A stretch of DNA of 21,591 nt from Paramoeba atlantica (Eukaryota > Protista > Discosea). Positions 1-13,054 of the stretch are shown here, one piece after another (positions within the stretch are counted from its first letter, which is position 1; each line of letters opens with the position of its first letter). The stretch spans positions 1 through 21,591 of the forward strand of contig CDRNVI010000195.1 of NCBI GenBank assembly GCA_977017575.1, written 5' to 3'. A program made the position numbers and the translations under genes. The notes below the pieces were generated by a model. The model searched no databases. It was given only the letters and a program-made list of their open reading frames with translations, and was not told where the DNA came from.

Positions 1-3823
<3,823 letters not shown>

Positions 3824-3954
3824 AAAAGAGGGGGGAGAGAAACGGAGGAGAAGAATCATAAATTTTTTTGAAATAATAATTTGCTTTTTTGTTTTTGTTT
3901 TTTCTCTCTCTCTGGTTTGATTTTTGTTTTGTTTTGTTTCAAGCTCAAAGTTTT

Positions 3955-5830
3955 TTACTTTCTCAAAATTTGAGGAATCCAGTCTTCCCAGAAATAATGA
4001 GAGGTTATTTGTGTTTTTGAATGACTTGAAATTCGCTCCCTTATCTTCAAATTCTCAGACTTTTCTCTTTCTCTCTTCTCTCTTCTCCCTCCTCTCCTTC
4101 TCACAATATTCTTGACCATAAACTCCTTAATCTCTGATTCAGAAGTTTTCGGATTCTCGAACAAACGAACCTCCATCAATTGAGATCCACTCCTCAAACA
4201 AGACAAGAAAAGAAAATGTCCTGCATATGAGATCCAAATTGGAGGGCGTGGGTGATAGGGGTTGACACGTTGTGGTGATCCACTGATTTCTACATCTTGA
4301 CTTCTGTATGTGTGGTCTTTTATCCGGTGGAATATCCAGTCGTTGAATGGTCGCCATGATAGAATGAGCTATTTTATTTTATTGGAAAAGAGTCAATTAC
4401 TGAATTTTTGAAAGAGATAAATTTTTTAAAAGCGAAAGAGGTGGAAAAAACAAAATAGAAATGAAACCTTTGCAAGAGAGTTTCTCCAAAGCAGCAGAGG
4501 AGTTAAAATGGGAATTGGTGTATCTGACAAAAAATCCCTCTAATATTATAAAATCATGAATAAAAAAAGAGAGAGAAAAAGAAAATTCTTCTTTTTCAAA
4601 AAAAAAAACCTCTTCAAGACCACGAAGGAGTTCGAGAAGGGTCTGGTGATTATTATAATGATTCTCATTCAACAATTTAAACAATTGTGGCTCAATCCCC
4701 TTTCGATAATGTTGCGCCAAGAACCCAAGTTTTTGACTCATTTGATGTAAATATTTTGTGGCAGTTGTACCTTCTGATCCAACAATAATAACTCCCATTC
4801 TACTTGAACTGTCTTCAGTAAAATGTTGAGACATCACTCTCTCCCATGATCCTTTCACCCATGGACAGACTTCGAAAGGGAGATGAGAGAAAGAGGAACA
4901 AAAGGGGAGTTTGAGTTCTGTTTTGCCACTGGATTTACCTCCTCGAACTATACACCAATCTCTTTTCTCTTCTTGAACAGAAAAGAGAGAATTTTCGGGA
5001 AAGAGACAGAGTATTAAACTTCGCATTACAGCGCTAACCTGTGGAAAGGAGAGGAGGGGAGAGAATAGCAACAACAAAAATGTGAATTTTTCTTTTTAAG
5101 TTCTTGATGAGAGAATCAAAGAGAGAAAAGAAAAGAAAAATGAGAGAATATAAAAAAAGAGAACCTGCCAAGCCATATAAGAGAGAGTCTTATTATTGAT
5201 AATTGGTTCAAAACCCACCAATAGACGAGAGGCAGCAAGTTCTCTTCTCCATAAATCAACATTATCACTTCTTTCTTCTTGTAAAAGAATTACTCTTGCA
5301 TTTGGATTAAACCAAAGAAAGAAAGGAGCCAATGTGGATGCTAGTGGACCCACCAAAATATCATAAGAGAAGAAAGAAGAGAGAAGAGAGGGGAGCTCTT
5401 GAATAAAGAGGGTTTCGTATTCAGTTGGGGAAAAGATTTTGTATTTCCCCTTTTTGATTCGAGTTCGATTGTATAAAAAGAGATGAACAAGTTTTTCTAT
5501 TGTTGGATTTGGGATGGAAATAGAAGAAGAAGAAGGAGATTGGGATGAAGAAGATTGAGGAGAATGAGATGAAGAAGACGAACGAACAGAGCGAGAAGGA
5601 TCAAGATCAAGAATTGAATAATGAAGAGAAAGCTTCTCTCTCAAACCCTTCGGAAGATCAGGAACAAGATATACAATTGGTTGGTTCTTTGAAATATTTC
5701 TTTTGAAATGAAAAGAAGAAAATGTCTCTTTCCATGAATTTTGAATGAGCGCACATTTTCTAGTCTCTGCAATTCCAAGAGCGATTGGGGAGAGAGAGAG
5801 AAGGAGAAGAAGAGAGAAGAAAATTGCCAT
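3955..5830 (-). CDS. Sulfotransferase-like (P-loop fold) protein, ~526 aa, with N-terminal signal peptide or anchor and probably two tandem domains
   Basis: Exons 5830-5165, 5038-4610, 4539-4468 and 4368-3955 are all GT-AG, phase 0 and multiples of 3 (1581 nt including TAA). The N-terminus MAIFFSLLLLLSLSPIALG is hydrophobic. The C-terminal domain has VIIVGSEGTTATKYLHQMSQKLGF (PAPS-loop-like), then DFLSDTPIPILTPLLLWRNSLAKLILSWRPFNDWIFHR and QLMEVRLFE, resembling the Sulfotransfer_4 pattern (D-x-P...P-x-AKxILxxR...W). The N-terminal half has a similar block, YDILVGPLASTLAPFFLWFNPNARVILLQEE..DLW. The gene model is solid; the family call is by motif recognition only. Confidence 0.78.
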
Positions 5831-6339
5831 TTCCCTTTTGTTCTTTGCTCTTTTCAAATCAATAGAAATTGAAAGAAAAATGAAAAGAGACAGAGAAGCC
5901 CCACTGGAGAGAAAAGAGAGAAAAAACAACATTTTTTTAGCTCCGTATTTTTAGACTTCTCGTTTCTCTTTTTTCTCCTTTCTCGCTGGGTTTCCCTCTT
6001 TCTTTCTCCAAGATTGTGGTTCAACACGGTTTCTCTTCCATTTCCTCAATCTAAAAACTTGCTCTTTTTCTTTTTTTCTCTCTCCGATTTCTTTTCATTT
6101 TTTCCTCTTTCCTCTTCTTTTCTCTTTTGAACCAAAGAACAACAAGAGGAAAACAAACTCCTCAATCCAAATATTCTCTCTCTTTTTCCTAATTCTAATT
6201 TATTCAGAAAAAACAAAGGAAGAGAAAAAAGGAAAGAAGAAAGGGATATGATTGTATCTCCAAAAGCTACATCCCACACTTTAGGTTGTGAGAAAATATA
6301 TATAACAATAATATCCATCTCTCCAAAACCAAATTAAAA

Positions 6340-7650
6340 ATGACTGACTCATCTGTCGAAAAAGATCCAAAAATGCAAACGACCCCAATAAACATGGCGA
6401 CGCCGAAGATTCAAACTCGAAGACTGGGAAGCAAGACGCGGAACTCTTGAAAGATCTCTCTCCCATCTTTACCTTTGAGGACACCTTTGATGGCACGGAC
6501 CTGACTGATCAAACCTTCTCGATTCAACAAGACACTGATGGTGGCTGGCACCTTCTACCCTTTGAAATCCCCTCATCAAGTTCCTCATCAAGCTCCTTGT
6601 CAAGCTCCTCCTCAGACTCCTCTTCAAGCTCTCCCTCAGAGCCTTTGGACCTTGAAAATTCCATCAAGAACGCTATCAAGAAGCTCAACAAGACACCGAA
6701 AGACCTTCAGAGAGATCGAAAGCGCTGGCACAAATACCTCTTGGCAATCTACCAAAATTGGCAAATAAAGAAGTGGCCCAACAACTCTGAGGCTACTGAC
6801 CTCCTGGTGACCAAAATGAATGTCGGTGATATGTTCTCTGAAACAATTTTCGAATCGATCCAACATCTCTCTGACTTGAACTTAAGTCGAGCCTTCAATA
6901 CACCCCTTCGCAGTGAAGCAACAACTGTTACTTACTCTTTCAACACCAGCCACAATCTCACAGAACATCTTGTGCAATTTATGAACCTGGCAAGAAAAGA
7001 AAAGGGGAACCATGTGGATATCGAGACAGACACTGAGCTCCGAAACCTCTTCATCCAAAAGACAAAAACTTCTCCATTTGGGGATGCATTTCGCTTGATC
7101 CAAGACCAAAACCCAAACTCTAAAATTGCTTCTCTTGTTTCCTGGGCTGAATCATCGAATCAGTACCCTGTGATTGATAAACAACCATCTGGACCAAAGC
7201 TCCAGAGACTAAATCTGCAAGGAAAAGAAGATCAAGAAGCGTGCCCACACAAAACTTTGCCTTGGGTGTGGAAGAAATGATCATCCCACATTCAAATGCC
7301 CAAGAGTCACTGCAATGATTCATGAGCAAAACTACTATCACTCATACAGCCCAAATGACAAAGCAAAAGATCTGTGTCCACTCCATGGATACAATCTCAC
7401 TCACACTGATGAAGAATGCAAAACCTTGAACTCAATCTTCCCCTCCCACCAAGTGTGGTTGATATGACATACTGAAGGAAGATGCAGAAATGAAACAGCT
7501 CGATGGAGAGATGAGAGCCTTCATGGCACAATTCAAGAAATCTCCACCTAAAAGGAGGAAAATAAATCTGATGAAAATTATTCAAAGCCTGAATTTATTA
7601 AAAGAAAACCTGAGATAGCAGCAAATTCTCCTCCTTGTAACCAAAGTTAA
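6340..7650 (+). pseudogene. Frameshifted retroelement Gag/ORF1-like sequence with zinc knuckles
   Basis: The ATG at 6340 joins ORF 6447..7280 through a frameshift at the A-run near 6369-6373. A second shift near 7220-7250 leads to CLGCGRNDHPTFKC (CX2CX4HX4C, 7258-7299), then CPLHGYNLTHTDEEC (7375-7419) and a degraded third knuckle (KCG*Y..HTEGRC, ~7451-7487). The region has no introns and higher GC than its flanks. No protease or RT follows. Confidence 0.75.
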
Positions 7651-8351
7651 TGTTTTATGGCTGGTAGTACATTCTCTGATCTCAAGAACCTCTTTTTGTG
7701 TGCACAAGCAATGTGTGCTACTCTGAAAACACTTGGCTCTCTGCTCTATTTGTTTGATCTGACTCTTGATCTTCTCCAAGTCAATTCCCAATGTCTTTCA
7801 AGTCAACCCTTGGTCTCCTCCAAGTCAACCTTCTGTGAATCTAAATAAAAAACACCATTGATGATGTCATCAGAAAGTTTCTTGCTTTTTTGTGAGACTT
7901 CTGAGGACTGCTCTTCAGTTGTCCATTTAACATATTTCTGACACACCTTCTTTAGTTTGGACCAAAGTAAATGTGTTCATTGACAATGCTGGTTTTGATT
8001 TTTGGAACTCATGCTCACTTTTGATACCAAGATTGAACATTTGTTTTTTGAATTGAAACAACAACAGTGCCTTGTTTTTGTGAACAAACATTCTGGTGAG
8101 GTTTTTTCCTGGAGGTGCAATGGAGAAATCGATGACTCCTTGATAAAGACATCTATGCCTTTTTGATTTACTAAATAAAGGAGAATGAGTGCTGATGTGG
8201 GGCCACCAAATTCTGAAACAGTCCAATGTTCACTTTTCAAATTCTCAAATTGCACAACAACATTTTGATTGCTTTTATTATTCACTGTAAAAACTATCAT
8301 TTTACAGAGGCCAAGTTTCCTCACAACAACTGATTTTCTACTTTCAATCAT
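7640..8351 (-). pseudogene. Degraded intronless ORF of unknown function, convergent with the Gag-like ORF
   Basis: ORF 7977..8351 continues in frame past a TGA as THLLWSKLKKVCQKYVKWTTEEQSSEVSQKSKKLSDDIINGVFYLDSQKVDLEETKG. The inverted copy at 8559-8762 keeps the same frame, including a 3-nt indel. No family recognised. Confidence 0.4.
7763..7969. repeat. Left arm of a ~205-bp inverted repeat (pairs with 8559-8762)
   Basis: Manual alignment to the reverse complement of 8559-8762 shows about 20 substitutions plus a 3-nt indel (~90% identity). The spacer is 589 bp. Confidence 0.93.
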
Positions 8352-8558
8352 TTATCTTCTTTTTGAGTTGCCTATTTTTCCACCAATTGGTTTTTTGAGC
8401 AAGTGACTTTTCTTTTCTTTTTAACTTTGAGCACCAGTTTTCCCATTGGGTTTTTCTACTGCTCTGAGCCCATTGTATTGTATTCTTTGATTTCATCTAG
8501 TTGCTCAACTGAATTCAAAGAACCTCTGAGTCAGTCCAACACTCACATTTGACATGTC

Positions 8559-8762
8559 TACTTTGGTACAGACTAAAGAAGGTATGTCAGAAATATGTTG
8601 AATGGACAACTGAAGAGCAATCCTCAGAAGTCTTACGAAAAAGCAAGAAACTTCTTAATAACATCATCAATGGTGTTTTTTATTTAGATTCTTAGAAGGT
8701 CAACTTGGAGGAGACTAAGGGTTGACTTGAAGATTGGAAATTGATTTGAAGAAGATTAAGAG
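8559..8762. repeat. Right arm of the ~205-bp inverted repeat (pairs with 7763-7969)
   Basis: For example catcatcaatggtgttttttatttagattc here is the exact reverse complement of gaatctaaataaaaaacaccattgatgatg at ~7837-7866. Confidence 0.93.
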
Positions 8763-8875
8763 GGTATAGGCAGCAAAGTTGATAGTTGTTGTTGTTCAAA
8801 AGTTGCTTCAACTTTTCATCAACCCTTATCCTTTTAAAACAACACAAAAACAACACAATTCTTTTTATCAAAAAG

Positions 8876-8991
8876 AAAAAACTTTTTTTGAAACTTTGAT
8901 GACTAGATAATAAGAGTATTTTGAAGTGTTGAAAAAAACTTTTTTTGAGACTTTGATGACTAATAATAAGAGTTGTTTTAGAGTCATCAAA
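8876..8991. repeat. Two ~42-bp direct repeats plus an inverted copy of their TTTGATGACT core
   Basis: aaaaaactttttttga(a/g)actttgatgacta..taataagagt occurs at 8876-8917 and 8933-8973; agtcatcaaa occurs at 8982-8991. Confidence 0.8.
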
Positions 8992-9325
8992 AAAAAGAAA
9001 ATTGATTTTTAATTCATTCCAAAATTTTTTTTTTTATTTTTTCTGCTGCTTTCTCTTCTTCTTTTTTCCCTGCCACTTCTAATCTCAGGGGGAAGACAAT
9101 CAGCTTTTCAATTTCTCTCTTTCTTTTATTTTACCTCTAAAAAAAATGGATGAGACTCTTTTTTGTCTGTTGGGAATTTTAACCATTGGAGTTGGGATCA
9201 ACAGCTCTTTTTTTCAACACTTTTCAATTTCCAATTTAATTTTTCAAGAAAAAACAAAAAAATTTGTATTTTTGTTTTGGAGTTTTTTTAATTCCAACTC
9301 ATGAATATATTTTGTAGAGCTATAG

Positions 9326-11583
9326 ATGTCTTTAATTACATCAATCAAGAAAGGAGACTATGTTAAAATCTCCAACTGTGAGGATTATGGATATGTTCAG
9401 GATGCTGCCTACTTCCAGAATGAATACCATCTCACTCTTATCTGGGCAGAAATAGGAAGAAGAAAAGATGTATCATTTGTTGATATTTCTTTTGTTTCTT
9501 GTTTTGAACCAGTGCATGATCAAGGTATGCTTTGCCCAGAGTGCAAAATCCTAATGCAACAAATGGTTTGCTTTTTTTTTCTTTGATAATTTTAAAGTTT
9601 TCTTAAACTAAACTTCTTTTGAATAGATTAACAAAACAACAAGTGAAATATTTTTGATATGTCCATCATATCACTTGTGATTTGCTCTAAAATTTGATTG
9701 AACTATTTGCTTTCAGACTTCACAAAAACCTACACTTCAATCAAGCTTGGTGTTGATGATTGTGATGATACTTGGAACTGGGTACAAAGTTGGTGATCAA
9801 ACTCAACAGAGGTGGCCATACCAAAATGGGCTCAATTATTGATCCCTGAAGAGTACCATTCTCAAAAGTTTACATCAGTTATTTCATTGCTCAACTGGGT
9901 GATCAAGAAGTTGTCATCAGAAAGATGAAGGCAGGTGCCCTTGGAAAAAGTTCTTGGTATTTGATTCTCAAGCTTTTTTGAAAGGAACTCCTCCTCCCCA
10001 AGATGCAATTTGTACAGTTTATCAAGAGTATGATGGAGAGGGAAATCTTTCTTCAAAACCTGCTAACCATGCTCTCTAGAACCCAGGGGAACATAAAAAA
10101 CCTCAAGCAGTGTTAGCAATGAGAAAGGATTGGATTGAACACCTTGAAAAATCATAAAGTATCACCTTAAGTGAGACAATTCTAAGTTTTCAAGAAAAAC
10201 TAGTTGAGAGTGATCTCTCTCCATTAACAAAAGTGAATCTCATTTAACAAAATTCAAAGATGGGAAATACTTTGAAATATCAGAAACAAAAGGTTTTTTT
10301 TTCTTTTTTTTTCTTTTTTTCTTTTTTTTTTTTTCTTTTTTTTTTTCTTTTTTTTTTGTGAATCAATTTATATGGATTGATTGAATATTCTTCCAACAAT
10401 TGTTTCAAGAATCACAAATTTTTGATGTTGAGAAAATGGTTTTATATCCTTATACAGGAGAGGTCTCATTCAAATTTGGGTTTGAAGATTATTCCTTTGT
10501 CTTCATTGAACTCAGTTCAAAGATTCTAATTGCCAATTATGTAAAACCAAATATGAAAGAATTTTTCATCGATGGTGTTTTTAAATTATCCCCCTCTTTA
10601 CAACTGATAATTCTTGGTGTTCTCCTAAGAGGTTTGTTATCTTCCATTTGAAAAAAAAAATTTAATTTATTTTTATTTTTTTAATAATTCTTTTTCATGT
10701 TAGAGGATACAAAAGATAAAATACATGGAACAAATTTTTATCCTCTATCTTGTTTATTAATAAATCGAAAAACTGAATTTACCTATCTCCAGTGGTTTGC
10801 TGACCTCAAATATATTGGGTTGGAATTGAATGATTGTTCTATTTTAACTGATATGGAGTTTGGTATTAGAAATACAGGTTGATTATTTGAATAACAATTA
10901 TTTTCTTTTTTTACTTTTATTGATTTATTTTGTTTTAATAGGAAAAGTAATGTAGGAGGAGTTTGAATGGAAGTTATGTTACTTCCATGTGATCATGAAT
11001 GCTAAGGACAAGTTAAAAGCCTTTGAAGTTCTGAAAAAAATTTATTTTTTTTATCTTGGGGTATTGAAAGAAATGAAAGAACAAAAAGATGAGAAACAAA
11101 CAGAAAATGTATGGAAAAATTTTCAAATTGCTATTACTTATTCAAAAGAAAAGCTTTGGTTTGGATTTTGATTTATTTTATTTTTTTTTTTTTCTTTTGA
11201 AAAATGAAACAAGTGTATAAAGTAAAATTTATATTTTATTTTTTGTTTTTAGGCTTGAATATATGGAGAAATGGATAATTCTTCATTTGTCATAATAGAT
11301 TGGAGGAAAAATAAATAATTTGATTGAGAGATTCAATTGATACCTGAAAGAAACTCTTTTTTGAGGTCAAACATACTCCAATGCTACAACAATTGTTGAC
11401 ATCTTTAGTTGATATTTTTCAATTTTAGAAACTGTTCTGGTGCCCTATACATTGCAAAAAACTAATAAATTTTTTCAAAAGATTTACAAATCAAATCAAT
11501 TAAGGTGATAATTCTATCTGAAAGAAACGAAAAACATCAAAGCATAAGGTGTGCTAAAAAAGAAATCTTTTGTTTTTCTTTGA
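9326..11583 (+). mobile_element. Mutator/MULE-family DDE transposase pseudogene with spliceosomal introns
   Basis: Motifs lie in canonical order: EFFIDGVFKLSPSLQL (D at 10571), YPLSCLLINRKTEFTYLQWF, ILTDMEFGIRN (D at 10850), KLCYFH (CxxH, 10977-10988) and INNLIERFN (E at 11326). GT-AG introns at 10293-10409, 10632-10703, 10878-10941 and ~11159-11252 join these in phase; another starts at 9566. There are many in-frame stops. The exon structure of 9326-10290 is uncertain and no TIRs were found. Confidence 0.88.
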
Positions 11584-12605
11584 TTTTCTCAATTCTTTCT
11601 TTTGATTGTATGTGGAAAAGTGAAATGATTGATTCGGTGGTGTTGTTTTTAATAGTTTGTGAATAAAAAAAAAAGAAAAGAATAACAAACTAAAACATTC
11701 ACTTGAAATATGAATAAAAAAGTTCATTGGTAAATTAAACAATCTATCATATATCTTTCCAAACCTTTCAACTCTTCTTTTCTTTCAATTTCTTTCTTTT
11801 CTCTTTCTGTTTTTCTATTTTTTTCTCACTCGCTGCTTTCTTTTCCAAAAAAAAAAAAAAAATCCAATTCCCAATCAAATGTTGCCACATCAGCCATTTT
11901 CTTTTTCTTTTTTTGGTTTTTTTTTTAGTTTTTTGTTTTGAACAGTTTTTTTTTTTCTTTTTTGTTTGTGAGAAAGAAAGAAAAAAAGAAAAAGAAAGAG
12001 AAAGAGAAAGATTCAACAAAAAAGAGAAAAAAACAAAAAAAAATAAAGAAAAAGGATTGTATGACCAAAATTAATTGAAAAGATCCAAATGCAAACCAAA
12101 AATAAGATTGAAGAAGAAAAAAAAAAAAAGAATTGAATTTGTATTGGTCCTATTTTGATGGAAGCTTGAACAACTAAGAAAAAATAAGAATATTTGAATT
12201 CTTTTTCACCTCTTTGCCAAATTTCAAGAAAAAAAATTGCATTCAAAATAAAAATCAGTTTTTTGGCAAAAAAGTTTTTCTTTTTTGTTTTTTGTTTTTG
12301 TTTGATTTTTGTGTTTGGTTTTTGTTTTTTGAAAGATGAGAAAAATAGACTTTTAGAAATTAAGAAATTTTTGGTTTTTTCAATGTATCACTTTTATATT
12401 AAGAAAGAGAAATGAAAAACCAATCTATTTTTCTCAAAGTGAGAAAGATAAAAGAATTCACAAGGTTTATCTAATGATCCAATTCTTTGAGATTTTCTTT
12501 CTTTTCTTTTTTCCTCTTCTTTTTCTTGTTTCTTTTTTTCTTTTTCTTTTTTTCTTTTTTGTTTCTTTTTTCTTCTTTTTCTTTCATCTCTTTTTCTTTT
12601 TTACT
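11443..12605 (+). repeat. Segmental duplication copy 1 (MULE C-terminal exon plus 3' flank)
   Basis: Colinear with 19684-20847, from ccctatacattgcaaaaaa to tttttact (1163 versus 1164 bp). Confidence 0.95.
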
Positions 12606-13054
12606 TTTTTTCACACATTTTTTTTTTTTTTTCTTTTTTTTTTTTTCTTTTTTTTTTTCTTTTTCTCTTTTTTCTTTTTTTCTTTTTTTTTCTTCTCTTT
12701 TTCTTTTTCTTTTTTGAAAAAATTTAGAAAAATGAAAAATTAATTCTTTTTATTCTTAGAATGAACAATAAAAAAAATCAAAAGGAATTCATTTTCTTTT
12801 GTATTGAGTGGAAACAGGATTTCTTTTTTTTCAATGGTTTTTTGATTTCTTTTTTGATTTCTTTTTTTCTTTTTCTCTCATTTTCTTTTTTTTTTTTCTT
12901 TTTATTTTTTTTTATTTCTTTTTTATTTCAAGATTTTGAAAGCTTAAAAATATGAAAGTTTGTTTTTTGTTGTTTCTTTTGAGTTTTAATCTTTTTGTTG
13001 ATATTTGGAATTTTTTTTGTTTTATTTTTTTTTATTTTAATTGTTTTTTTTTTT

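Noticed and set aside
4139-4610. ORF-track frames for the 3' part of the minus-strand gene (GFFVRYTNSH... and MATIQRLDIPP...)
   Set aside because: Splice phases and family motifs support other frames (RDFLSDTP... and LILSWRPF...), which run on to the stop at 3955.
7640-8351. Tyrosine recombinase (DIRS/Crypton) in the antisense ORF, prompted by LGIKSEHEFQK
   Set aside because: I could not place the R-H-R-H/W-Y catalytic set in any consistent frame.
9630-11583. Alternative genetic code with stop-codon reassignment to explain the in-frame stops
   Set aside because: Both host genes have no internal stops and end in TAG and TAA. The duplicate copy has different stops at the same codons (TGA TAA versus TAA TGA), which fits CGA decay.
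9630-11583. Fungal-type RIP (CpA to TpA)
   Set aside because: Where two copies can be compared, TAA, TG and CA variants mostly resolve to ancestral CpG, and TAG can come from CGG. A minor non-CpG component is not excluded.
11590-12450. Further exons downstream of the MULE stop (for example GLYDQNRLKRSKCKPK)
   Set aside because: These are short, stop-interrupted islands in low-complexity DNA, and I could not build a phase-consistent splice model.
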